From Phoronis australis (lineage: Eukaryota; Animalia; Phoronida), in NCBI GenBank assembly GCA_002633005.1, contig NMRA01000349.1, positions 124,001 to 188,000 of the forward strand: 64,000 bases of DNA, read 5' to 3'. Positions 35,101-45,456 of this stretch are shown here, in pieces. A program made the translations under genes and the position numbers. A model generated the notes under the pieces. That model was not told the origin of the DNA. It saw only the letters and a program-made list of their open reading frames with translations, and searched no databases. The first letter of the stretch is position 1; every line of letters begins with the position of its first letter.

Positions 35101-38100
35101 TATAGATTCCTTGGGTGAATCAGGGATATCTTTACCTTGGTTGTGGGGGAAGCAAGTGATTGAAATTTTAGAGGACGAGTCTGGATTTGACATAAATAAA
35201 TCTATTCTTAACAACATGCTGTGGGCGTTTTCTGTCATCAAGTACCCTGGGAAACCTCGACCAACCGATAATGTCGTAAAGCTCATAAAGTCAGCGGAAA
35301 ACTTAGGGATTGTTGCCCTGATAAAAGAGCGAATACTTGAATGGATGAGAGGCCATAGTAACGACCAGATCGTGACGTCTTCATCCTGGCATGTGACGCT
35401 AGCATGTGACAGCTACGCGTTACACAACTCGTCTACTGTACTTGAAGCATACGAGTCGTACCTACTAGATAGGGTTCGAGAACCGTTAGCTATCATTGTC
35501 TTTAAGTTGGAAGCAAATGGTGCATGGTCAAGTTTTGCTGGTCATGACAATTTCTGGAGAGGCGTCTTTCTCAGTCGTGAATTCCTTGATATAGATTGCT
35601 TTCCGTCTTATCGTGAGGCGGGTCACTACAATCTGGAAGGCGTGTGCCTTGACCTTTCCTTCCCTTTTACCAAGTTCTTTGTGGAAGCTTTGTTTGATGT
35701 GAGAGATGTTTTCCTTCGTGGTTATCAAAAGTTATTAGAAGATGCAGATTTTCTCGACGAAGACGAAAACATTTTGCCCTCTGTGTACTCCTCTCATCAA
35801 CAGAATACACTAGAACTAATTTTCGAAAGTGTCCCGCAGCTCCGTGTCTACTTTTGTTCTCACAGTTGTGATGATTTTCTCGACGACTTCTGCGACATAG
35901 TGACAGCTGAACACGACAGTTTACTCGAGACAGAGGAGCGAATATTTATCGCACGATGGGCTATAAATCTCCATCAAGAAGACACCGAACAGTCTCCAGC
36001 CGAACAAGTTGTTCAGCTTGTTACAAATTACTGGGTCCGAAGTTCTACCGTGCATAGCATCTTACGCTTAGCTTCTGTGTGTAAGGACGTTGCAGGTACC
36101 GATGTAGTGGATCTCATTGCTGCAACAAAAGTTGGAATGGACATCAACAGCGAAGACACTAGTGAAGAGTCGGTGGTTGAAAACGATGACGAACCTCACG
36201 ATCAAGGTAGAGAAGAAGGGGACGACACCGGAAAAGACATACCTGACAGAATTACGTCCTCGCCGGAGGAGCTTCTCGTAGACGCGGCTTGCCAAGTTAT
36301 GCTTCCTACAGAAAATGTTATAAACGCGTGCCAAAACATTTTGAATTGGCAGTATAAAGTCAACCTTGTGCTGTCTGTAGCGAGCCAAGTAAGTTCATCG
36401 TCAAATACACTGTATTTCCTTCGTACATGCAACGACTTTGTTGTCAATTTGCAAATCCCGTACAGTCTAGAGGACGCATATGTTTCAGTTATTGCTGAAT
36501 GTGGTAGTTGTCAGGGTGATCCGTTAGAGTCCAACGTGATGTTCAACCGTGTCATGATTATGGCTGAAAGCCTTGTGGAACAAAAGAAGGTACCTTTGCT
36601 TGAAATGCAAAAGTTCATTTGTCTGTACGTCGGCAGGTGTTTTGATTCTTACAAAGCCGACGGCGTGTGCGTTGCTGTAGATGTGTATTTAGAAAGATTA
36701 TCAAAAATGGGAGCTTCAGATAGTGCCTTGCATTTTTTCGGAACTATTATCGACCGCCTGTGGACAGAAGAGATATATAACTTCCCCGATCTTCTCACAG
36801 ATATTCTTAGCAGTTGCGATTTAGAGGAACACCCGAATTTACAAAGGTTAGAAGGTGCCTTTTCTCAGTGCACACCGCTAGCTGTTCTCACATGCGATAC
36901 TGTTGAGGCGATCTTCAGTGAAACACATTCACAGCTCAATAGGGTGGACTTGGAAGGTGAGAATCCCAATGAAATATTGAGTAGTCTGAAGATCGCTCTT
37001 GTAACAGTACATGCCAAAACTGAACTGTCACTGAAGATCGTTGTGGCGGTTTCTTTTATTAAATCGATTTTGCGACGAATTGCTCTGCTGTTGAAGGATT
37101 CACAGCACTTCATCAAAACCGAGGCCGCCAACAATTTCCTGCAAGAAATTTCGTCTTTGTTTGAACCTTCACCGGATGCCATCGTTTCAGACATGCCTGA
37201 CGAATGTTGTGTTACTTTCTTACTGAAAGCCTTTCATGAATGCTCGAGTTTTCAGGAATCAATCTTGCTGATTAATGAGTATGTTCTGAAAATACCTGCT
37301 CTCCAAAGAATTAAGTGGACAGACGATGATTTTGTTAACCCCTTAGGATTCAAAGTTATGTCAGAAGGTTCTAGTTACCAACACGCCTTTACAGCATTTA
37401 GGCAACTTTTAGAGGGCGATAATTCTGCTGTCAAACAACTGGTCACTGAAGCTACGAATTCTGCGGAGAATAAGCTCGCTCTCCTTTCAGTAGTGGTCGA
37501 CAATCTTTATCTTGTTTCGGGGCAACGCGAACTAAAAGACTCTGAAAAACAAGCAGGGTGTGCCGTAACAAAACTTTTGCAAGAATTTCCAGCCGTGTTG
37601 TTAACTCTTAGTAAATGCTTATGCCTGGAAACGAAGTTCGACTTGCCAATCCTCAACTTAACTCCTGGAACACCAACGCGCGATGTGCAAGTCGCTTCCG
37701 TGATGGTTCATCTGGTTTCCATGACAGCGTGTTTTGCTAACGGTGGACAATGTTTGTTTTCCAAAGCTGTCAGTGATCCTTCTAGCTTAAACAACCTTTT
37801 CATTCCGTCAACGCAAGATGAGACTCTCCCTCACGAAGAGTTGGGAGAAACGGGTACTTACGAATGTGTATGCCTACATAAAGTTGTAACAACGACGGGG
37901 AGTTGTCCGGTGTGCCACACAACTTTGAAGAAACCGACAGAAACTGTTTGTCAAGCTGAAATACCATCAGCTCTTATGGAACCGCGAAGGGGTTTCTGGG
38001 GCTATAACCCGTCACGTGTTTATCCACGTGGCATGTCCTCCGCGTCGTTCGTCATTTTTAGACTGCTATTGAACAGTAGCATTGCAACTGGATATGCGCT

Positions 38101-41100
38101 GATGAAGAACGAGCTCGCTGGTGTTTATAATCAGGATGAAGATGCTCTGCCCCATGATATGGTGTTGAAGTGTATCACAGAAGAGCTTGGGAAGATGTGG
38201 GAAATTTTGGAGTCACTGTTGGCATTGCCGTCTCACCAAGTTTGCTGTTTCGTGCACGCGCTTCTCCGCAGATTACAACCACTTTTAACGGACTGTAACT
38301 GTTCATTTGCTACACTCGAAGAAAGAGCGGAGTGGGAGCAGATTTTTATGAAAGAAGTGGACGAACTTATCAGAGTCAGACATCGCGTGATACGACAAAC
38401 CATGATCAATACCATCGTGTCGTCTGATAATTGCGTTGAGTCGGCAGTCGATGAGCTGAATGAGACCAACACGGCACTGGCGAGACTGTTTAGGTTTACA
38501 CCCTTGAAATCCACTAAAAAGCTGTTTGGCTCGTACAAGCTGAGTGAATTGGAAAGCAAGAATCCATTTCTTGGCTTATTTTTTAGCTCTGGTAAGCACT
38601 TGTCAATCTTACGATATCTCAAGCCCATTCTTAAGTGGCAAAACTTGATCGCAAGCTGCAAAAGCCATCATCTTTCCCGGAAGCGCTCTATCGAAACAAT
38701 AAGACAAGTAATCAGCGAACACAAAGACCCAAAAGAGAAGCAAAAGTTGCGTGACGTGTTCGACGAGTTCACCAAGGCTTGGAATGAAATTCATCCGTTT
38801 CTGCAAGAACTTGGTACATTCTCCACTCTGCCAATACTACACGATGACTGTAAAGTTCATGAATGTTTGGCTGTCAGTAAGGAGTCAACCGTGTACAAAG
38901 TGATTGAATCACTCGTCCAGATGCAAAACTCGTTCTTAGACAAAGTTCTGAGAATGGCCACTTCCGGGAGATGTATTGCTTTGAGTTTTCTACTTAGGGA
39001 GTCATCTGCAGCGGTTATCCCCGTGATCCCTTTAGCTGAGGCGGAGTTGTCCCATATTTTGGACTTCTCTTGGAAAGATTTGAAAAGTGACTTGCTGAGA
39101 TTGTCCCAGTTTAACACAGTTAGAGGAATGGGATACGATTTGGAATTTGACTTCACAGCCATTGAGATCGAGTTGTCAGTCACTTTGGTCTACGGCAAGG
39201 CACATCTTTTGCTGGACTCCAGTTTCCCTTTCTTTGCATTTGCTCATGAACTTCCGCTTAACTCGGCAGTCTTGGCACAGATTGAAAAGACAATCCCACA
39301 AAAGGCACTCCCTGACACGGCAGTTGCGCAGCTGAAGGATCTCAACAACGCCAACCCACTAAATACCACGACGCTCAAGTTCGATGTGGACATTGTCGTT
39401 GATATGCTGCAGAAGTCGCGCTCGCAACTGGATTCACCTCAGACATCTATCTTGGACTATGCTAACAGGTGGTATACTGTGTTGAACAAGCATTTCCCCG
39501 AACATCTTTTGCCGCAGCCAGGAAACACTTTGAAACTTTGTCATCTGGTGTCTTTGAGCGAGACCCTTGACGAACTGCTTTCTCACAACTCGGAAGAAAA
39601 ACTCATGAACAAGTATCGACAACAACTGGACAAAACTAATGATGCTGAGCTACAGACTCGTCTAAGCAAAACGACTGCTGACCTTGACTCCGTAATAAAG
39701 TTGCTTCGGAGTTTTATTTACAGGTACTTTTCCACTCGTGAAGACCAGATGCCGGACGAGTCGCAGCCATTAATCAACCTGTTAAAGGCTGAGTGCCAAT
39801 CGAGAGACGGCCAAGAGGATCAAATGTTAGTGAAAGAACTCGAATTCATATTCACTCCAGTTGTACAAGTACAGCATTCACACACAGCCGTGAAGCATGT
39901 CGCACAGGTTATACAGGTAACCTTTTTTGTCATTATTCCCCACATGACTGATTATTTATGGACATTTTAATGGTCATTATGAACTACAATCGAGTTCAGT
40001 AAATTGGCAAGGCAATCCATGAAATTTAATTGTTCGTAGCAGGTCACAACTCCAAACCAACCACTATGACTCCAAAAAGCCCGTTACACCAAAAATAACC
40101 GACTATTTCGAAAGCCCTCTATTCCGAAAATAATGCACTACTCCGAACAAAAATATTTTTGATTTTACTCGAAAAGTACTTATTAAACTGCCAAAACTTT
40201 AAAACGATGTTGATGCTTGATTCACCTAAAAAACACTTCTCCGGAAAATCTTTATTCTGAATTGAAAAAAAAAGCTTCCCGATGTTAGCCGGCACCGCTG
40301 TTTCCTCGACCTCTCGCTCTTGTCTCTGTTGTTTTAAAAATAATTTTGTGACGATATTAAGGATTGTGATCAAAAAAGGTTTCATAGTAGAGTGTCTTTG
40401 TTGTACGTTAGCAAAATGGAAAATGTTTCCCAACATGATGACATGTAAATAGTCGACAAATCCATATGTAATAAACCAGCGAAAATCTTTTTCATTCGTC
40501 ATGTAAGACATATGACGTCAGGTTGAACAACTTCCCGAACCTTTGTCATAAGTTAAAACAGTATTGAAGTTTATAAATAATTTTTGAAAGCGAAATTGGG
40601 TGGTGCAAGGGGTAATAAGCTAAGCCACGCACGAGGAATTGGGCCTCAAACAAAGTAAACAAGAGTGAGAGGTCGAGGGAACATCGAAACCGGAGGACTT
40701 CTTTGGGAATCGTTTCCAAGTCAATATCAACCTTGCGTATGAAAAGCAGCTCGTCATTTCTGTATTGCAGAAAAACTTTCCAAAGATGTCTGATAACATA
40801 ACTTAGTTATGAAACATATTTGTTTGAGTGAACTTTTTGATAATCGATTCGCATATGAAAAAAACAGCGAACTCACCTAGGCAAACTTAAAGGCGAAGGC
40901 AATCTTTTTTCATGTCAGTTTTAGCAAAAATAAGGTTCGTTGATTATCCCAAACATATTTTTCACTTATTTACTGCGTTTCTTAATTTAATTAATTACTC
41001 GTCCTCTACTCAGGAAGTGACGTTTTGGGAGGCAAGAATTTCGCGCCAATTTCTTTTCATATAGTCTGACTGTGAGACCAGTCGAGTCAGTCATTGTTCT

Positions 41101-42660
41101 ACCTCGGTTGTGATAAGCTCGGTCGTCGTTTGCTTTTGCTTACGAGTCAGTCAACATGCCATACTGTTGCTGCGTTCTGGGGTGTACTCATTATCGTCTC
41201 ACGTACAGAGGAAGAACTTTCCCACTTGCCCGAGTGTCCCGCGACACACTCCCACTGGTGGGTTATCTGAGCACCCGAACTGCTTACATCCCGCCGTATG
41301 ACTCCCTCGCCACACACCTGGCACCTTCCAAATAGCTCCAATACAAGTCCTCAATAAACTTATCAAACTTAGGCTCACCGATATGTTCATTGGATGACGA
41401 ACTGTCCTCTTCACTGGGTGTCGAACTGGGACTGTATTCACTACCACTACTCAACATCGCTGTATGGCTGCTTACAGGCTCTGGGCTAGAGACAACAGCA
41501 CAGGGCAAATCACTGCTAGTTCCCGGAATTGCACGCAATGGGGTACGTTTGGAGGCACGGATGACAGTAGATGAAGTGCCTACAGTCAGCGTATATAGTG
41601 GCCACAGCTCGCGAGGCTTCTCGCTTCAAAAACGCACTTCTCGGGGTTGGCGACGGGGCACTGCCGGGAATCAACAGCGACGGTATGGTACCCTTCTTCA
41701 GGCGTTGTTTCGCAGGGACCTTCATCAATTCAGCGTATCTGTCATAATCTGATAGCAGAAAATGCTTACTGCACACTCGGTAACCCTCCATTACTTTGTA
41801 CGTTGCGTGGATGGGTAGCGCTGCGTTCGTCACATGAACGAGCTAGCCAAGTGCGGCGAAGTGTGTCATCCTTCGGAAAGCGACGCAAGGTATCCAAAGC
41901 GCGTGTGAGACGATAATGAGTATCTCCCGGCACGCAGCAGCAGCGTGGCATGTTGACTGACTTGTAAACAAAAGCAAACGACTACCGAACTTATGACAAA
42001 CGAGGTAGAATAATGACCGACTCGACAGCTTTCACAGTCAGACTATAATGAAAAGAAATTGCCTTGAAACTCTTGCCTCCCAAAACGTCACTTCCGGAGT
42101 AGAGGACGAGAAATTAATCAAATTACGAAAAGCTGTAATTAAGTGAAAAATGTGTCTGGGATAATCAACGAACCTTATTTTTGGTAAAAGTGACATGAGA
42201 AAAGGTTGCCTTCGCCTTTCTGTTCATGCTGGTAAGCATGCCTACATGTGTGTACATGTGTTTTGCGAAAAGGATCTTCAGGTTGTTTACAAAAACCGAC
42301 TCGGGATAAAATGAGGGCAGAATTCATGACAAAATGTGACAAAGTGTTTCTCGGATGGTACAGCCATCAATTTCGTTGTAATATTTTTGAAAACCGGTTT
42401 ATAGTTTTCGAGTATAAAATCAAAAAATATTTTTCGTAGTAATAGGTTTTTCGGAGTGGGCCTTCGGAGTTGCAGCCTTCGGTTCAGTGAGCTGTAACCG
42501 TTTGTCTAGCGTAATTTTGTAATTCATTGCTTGGTTAATTAATGAATGCTTATTGAATCTTCAGGAGAGACTGAAATCCCGAGAGTACGTGAAGAATGTT
42601 CCCGATGAGAAAAAGAAACCGACACAGAAGAGAAAGAAATTTCTCATCCGGAAAGCGTAA
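8166..42660 (+). CDS. RNF213: RNF213 (mysterin)-like giant AAA+ ATPase, about 4,860-4,880 aa, lacking RING
   Basis: Phase-consistent exon chain: (8166-8195, 8769/8799-8823), 11070-11475, 12679-12838, 17215-17277, 18001-18075, 18652-18729, 24479-24523, 24743-26742, 28270-39916, 42565-42660 (14,595 nt from ATG 8799). RNF213 signatures: VTSTVPGLGKS, LTPDNLLKM, GETGCGKT, LFMDEINT, AACNPY, LVYRVLPLPES, GKPGCSKS, VLLDEIGLAE, GISNWALDAAKMNR, GLRDYYSLIK, LYDMLNQNY, PFLNRFEK. The 5'-most exons are less certain. Confidence 0.9.
8799..8823 (+). CDS. RNF213-like putative start exon (MEILRHPV)
   Basis: Acceptor ttcttag at 8768; ATG at 8799; phase-1 donor G|gtaaat matches the phase-1 acceptor at 11070. 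An in-frame upstream ATG exon (8166-8195) is possible. Confidence 0.5.
9050..9880 (-). mobile_element. Degraded L1/Tx1-clade LINE ORF2 fragment
   Basis: The reverse strand reads LPKLTHL..., DRIARNAMTQD..., IKALELTWVRRL, typical of the Tx1/L1 RT C-terminal region, with stops and frameshifts. Confidence 0.55.
11070..11475 (+). CDS. RNF213-like exon encoding a putative TRADD-N-like domain
   Basis: Acceptor tgttttcag, open frame FTLQFSLSV...YFEDQSK, donor CG|gtaag; includes ORF 11225..11479. Confidence 0.75.
12035..12112 (-). mobile_element. tRNA-derived SINE head
   Basis: Reverse strand has box A TGGCTCAGTGG and box B GTTCGAGTC at tRNA spacing; no intact cloverleaf. Confidence 0.55.
12679..12838 (+). 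CDS. RNF213-like exon, disordered Pro/Ser linker
   Basis: gttgccag|G (phase 2, matches the previous donor); LSSAEPPSKDH...SSHNQ|gtagcg. Confidence 0.65.
13390..13925. repeat. Degenerate about 150-bp tandem array (TE internal)
   Basis: Recurrent ttcga(t/c)ca(a/g)actttcaaa...acgaagtg unit near 13450, 13586, 13764 and 13912. Confidence 0.55.
14021..14903 (+). mobile_element. Non-autonomous Helentron/pearl-like element with internal about 144-bp tandem array
   Basis: 5' tttttattatgcgccc, hairpin cccacata...tatgtgg, (gtcc)n microsatellite, five repeat units, 3' gggcgcat subterminal IR and cttgttt end. Confidence 0.7.
15139..16689 (+). mobile_element. Non-autonomous Kolobok-type DNA transposon (copy A) with THAP remnant
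   Basis: TTAA on both sides; TIR AGGCGAATGCCACCC / GGGTGGCATGCTCCT; degenerate THAP MLRCIVPACPN*...FLLPRESEMLRKW. Confidence 0.8.
17215..17277 (+). CDS. RNF213-like short linker exon (NSTANSATDTRVEVHGPPSEQ)
   Basis: ctcttccag| ... CAA|gtaggt, 63 nt, phase 0/0. Confidence 0.6.
18001..18075 (+). CDS. RNF213-like short linker exon (SSSNVETIVPTCETLIGATEPPPNQ)
   Basis: cttttcag| ... CAG|gtgata, 75 nt, phase 0/0. Confidence 0.6.
18652..18729 (+). CDS. RNF213-like short linker exon (NIAMESKVETTVQVQEPTSESAKDEQ)
   Basis: tttttcag| ... CAG|gtatgt, 78 nt, phase 0/0. Confidence 0.65.
19157..20758 (-). mobile_element. Same Kolobok-type family (copy B, inverted)
   Basis: TTAA on both sides; reverse complement of copy A along its length; THAP remnant LRCIVPACPNYAAARKAGMSFFRLPRESEMLRKWLAVVKN*...LRVCGL. 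Confidence 0.8.
23123..23980. mobile_element. Nested hairpin-ended element (Crypton-like foldback)
   Basis: About 176-bp imperfect palindrome at 23123-23298 centred on ccgaggggcg-tta-gccccgaggg; ttattccaca / tgtggtataa short IR; interrupts sequence that is contiguous in copies A and B. Confidence 0.6.
23838..23914 (+). pseudogene. tRNA-derived sequence (tRNA-Lys-like SINE head or pseudo-tRNA)
   Basis: Box A TGGTGTAGTGG, GACTCTTAA loop as in tRNA-Lys(CTT), box B GGTTCGAATCC; acceptor and anticodon stems pair poorly. Confidence 0.55.
24479..24523 (+). CDS. Possible RNF213-like microexon (ELDSIRKNRNNFVRP)
   Basis: tttgtag| ... CCA|gtaggc, 45 nt, phase 0/0; optional for the frame. Confidence 0.4.
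24743..26742 (+). CDS. RNF213-like exon: CBM20-like domain and helical N-arm/stalk
   Basis: 669-aa ORF 24737..26746 trimmed to ttttgcag| and AG|gtaagt; the phase-2 end matches the acceptor at 28270. Confidence 0.85.
27286..27442. mobile_element. Short MITE (CAGGGGCGG...GCGCCACTG)
   Basis: Imperfect CAG...CTG TIRs, G/C-run subterminal tracts, near-identical 5-bp flanks gctta/gttta. Confidence 0.5.
28270..39916 (+). CDS. RNF213: RNF213-like giant exon (11,647 nt): stalk, AAA+ ring, E3-module remnant
   Basis: 3921-aa ORF; acceptor tgtttcag|A; donor CAG|gtaacc. Walker A GETGCGKT at 32141-32164 and GKPGCSKS at 33098-33121, with DE Walker B motifs. Confidence 0.95.
40891..42217 (-). mobile_element. 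Kolobok-type element with about 312-bp inverted ends and a broken THAP/zinc-finger transposase N-terminus
   Basis: TTAA at 40887-40890; AGGCGAAGGCAA / TTGCCTTCGCCT termini; IRs 40891-41202 and 41905-42217. The minus strand encodes THAP (MPRCCCVPG...RFPKD...W / RVCSKHF...TIPSL) and CQVCG...CVAGH...WESS with frameshifts; no DDE core. Confidence 0.85.
41200..41951 (-). pseudogene. Frameshifted THAP-domain transposase fragment
   Basis: ORFs 41766..41951, 41516..41833, 41284..41538 and 41147..41341 are consecutive pieces of THAP, linker and CCCH finger. Confidence 0.8.
42565..42660 (+). CDS. RNF213-like terminal exon (ERLKSREYVKNVPDEKKKPTQKRKKFLIRKA*)
   Basis: tcttcag| phase 0 matches the donor at 39916; TAA at 42658-42660; AATAAA follows near 42722 and 42966. 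Confidence 0.7.
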   Translation, partial: ERLKSREYVKNVPDEKKKPTQKRKKFLIRKA

Positions 42661-44689
42661 TGCGGAAGTAATTTGGTTAAATTATGATGGAAGGCTGGTT
42701 TACTGCCGCTTGAAGATGCGGAATAAATGTTGTAAGAGCTGAAATAACTACATGTATCGAATTTTTGTTTCACCTTGCTGATTAGTGACTTCTTTTAGGT
42801 ACCGAGATTGGAAATTGACGAAATTATACAATTTTATGAATTGTTGTAGATTCGTGTACCAATAATGACTAACTGTACTGCAGACTGTACCGATGTATCC
42901 ACGATTGTAAAGTTTACTAATGGTTTATGTCACGTATATTGCTATCATGTACAGTTACACTTGCAAATAAATGGCAGTTTGTAGTTGCGGTTTAGGCACC
43001 GCGCTGAAGTATTAATTTTGCTAGGCGCTGCTTTGTTGTGTTTTCATGTACAGTATATGGAATTCAAGGCACTCAGCGTTACTTTTTTCTACTAATATCT
43101 AAGCTTTTCATATACGTTTGTCTATGTGTGCCAGGCAGGAGATATACAAATATTAGACTTTTGTATCCCATGCTATCATGTTTAATGTGTGTACTTTTTA
43201 GAGAACACGTGGTGTTGTTATTTAGATATTGTTTAGTGTGTCATAGTTGCCCACCGTGAACAAGAAAGCTCGCGTTGAATTCGCTTTCTGCTTGGTGTAA
43301 TAGCTCTGTCCTTATCTCGTCGTGTAATTTGTGTTAGTGTTGCGCGAGTTTCACTGGAACATTTACTCCATGATGGGATTAACCGTAGACTTGTGTAGAC
43401 GCTACCAACGTATCTACGGCTGAAATTTCACAAAGTTTTCTTATAGCGTATATTGTTATATTTGCAAATATAAAGTTTATTACACTTACGATTTCGGCAC
43501 TAGAGGTGCCTTTTCTTTGGTGTGTATTGCTTTTTCTTTCAAGAACATTCATGTTGGATGTTCTTAGCGCTAGAAATATGTACGTGTATATTTGTTCATA
43601 GGCCCTGTCCAGTATAATCTCGATGTATCTATCTGGCTGGAGATACACTAAAGCTTCCTTGATTCATTTGTGTAAATGTGATTTAGACACTGCCTAATGT
43701 AGGAATGTATCCATAAATGGAAGCTATGTGAATTCAGTTTTTGTGCTTTGAATTGGACCGATGGTGGGGCTTAGAATTTGAGTCACGGTTAACTTTTTGT
43801 GTATTCTTGTGTGTGCTTTTGGTTTGTGCTTTACACTGATATATCCGTGCTTTGAAAGAGTGTTATATTTGAATAAAATGGATATCATGCTAACTGTGGT
43901 CTTTAGATATTGGGGTCGCTGATTCCCATTCTTCCGTCTTACCCCCGTCCATATCACCGTTTGTTCACGCCATTCAGTGCCGTTGGCAGTACAGTTTTCG
44001 TCATCGCGTCAATTATTCTGTTGTTCTGCGTAGCATCTGCCATTTTGCCAAATTTCTACAAAACTGCAGAATTCTTATTAGAAAAAGTTTCGAAATAGAT
44101 TGCGTGCAAGCCTGTGCAATAAATACTTGTGGATGCGTGCATTCAACAGCAATGCGTTTTGGATGCGTGCACTTCAAGCTGTACAACGGAGTGAATAGTG
44201 TTAGTGTTTATATTCAAGATGAAATCTCTTCTTGATGAAGCCGTTGTGATAAATTCAGCATTTTCTTAAGAATCTTGAATTCCAATCATTGCGACTCCGG
44301 TGCTAGCAGGACTGTAGTGCTTGCCAAATGGTAGAAAGTACAATTCCCTGGTTATATTGGAATTCCCTGGTTATATTGGAATTACCTTTTCTGCGTTAAT
44401 GCGTGTTAATCCCCGGCGTGTATCTGCAATCCATGCAAAGGGCGCTCATCTTTGATCTGTATTCACTTCTATTGAAGAAACAATGTCCTGCTCGCCTTTG
44501 AACACAGTCGGTGTATGTCTTTCCCGCGTTTTTTTAAACAGAAGTAAATGTAAAATCACTGTCAGTGCGCGCCGTTTACCACGTTTTTATTGTTTTATGG
44601 ATAGTGAATACTCACGGTAAGGGATAGATGATCAACACTAAAAAATGTGTCTCCTTGCACTCGTTCTTTTTTTATATATGTAGGTAGCC

Positions 44690-45456
44690 TAAATGTTAAA
44701 GTCATCTCTGTCCCTGCGTCTGCTGCGGTATATCGTCAACGTCTTGCTGAATCTTGATAACATAATGTGCTTAGGTCCGATACCATTACGCTTCTCGAAT
44801 TTTTTTTCTTTTCCCTCCGTATTGTTTAAGTTCACGGACGGATGTTCGTGAAATTTGGCAAATAAGTTTCTATTAAGGAAACAACGTCTTTCCACTTTCG
44901 GGAGGATTCGACGTATTCTGTACCACCTAAGGGCCACTTTTATTATTTCTCATTGCTGTGTTTTTACATCCGCCTCTTTATCCGTCAAACTACACATAGA
45001 ATCAAAATGAAATTTAGCAGTTATGTTGCTGATAAGAAGACCATGGTTGACAATGATTTTCGAACGTGTCTAAAAACTGTGGCGTCCCCTAGTGGTGATT
45101 TTGTATTTCTGCAACCATCGCCGTAGCTCCTGTATCCTTTGCAGTAGCTGTAGAACTTTCGCAGGTGTTTCCTCGGAAATGTGACTACGGCTGCCCACAG
45201 CGTTTTGAGCGGCCCTGACTACCGCCGTGTCCTTTAGCTCTTAAGTTTGTCTCTGTATCTCAGTCTGGAGTTTCGTTGGTGGATTTTCATGAATTTTGGA
45301 AGTGAAGTTTTGTATTTGAGAGACGACGAGGCCTTCCCAATTTCGGACGGGTTCGACGTGTTCTGCGCATCTACTGGTCATGTTTATGATACAAAAAATC
45401 CTTGAAGCACAGCGTTTGCGGTGTAGTCGCGAACTCATTTGACCCCTTCGTCTTGA
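44690..45456 (+). mobile_element. Degenerate second copy of the Helentron-like element
   Basis: Same about 145-bp units (ccacctaagggcc, gtcccctagtgg, gcatctactgg) and 3' end gaagcac...gcggtg...cattt...ccccttcgtcttg as 14845-14901. Confidence 0.55.

Larger units (their letters stand above)
40040..42500. mobile_element. Older TIR element with ctccgaa subterminal repeats, hosting the THAP element
   Basis: caggtcacaactccaaacc...actccaaaaagccc is loosely the reverse complement of gggccttcggagttgcagccttcggttcagtgagctgtaaccg. Confidence 0.35.

Noticed and set aside
28672-39625. Many 60-150 aa antisense and off-frame ORFs inside the giant exon
   Set aside because: Shadow ORFs of a long coding exon with no recognisable motifs.
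43480-44045. Possible small minus-strand gene (good Kozak ATG near 44043, exon-like segment near 43490-43570)
   Set aside because: I could not join the pieces in a consistent phase without stops and found no recognisable domain.
44342-44384. 19-bp direct repeat aattccctggttatattgg x2
   Set aside because: Simple local slippage duplication with no further copies.
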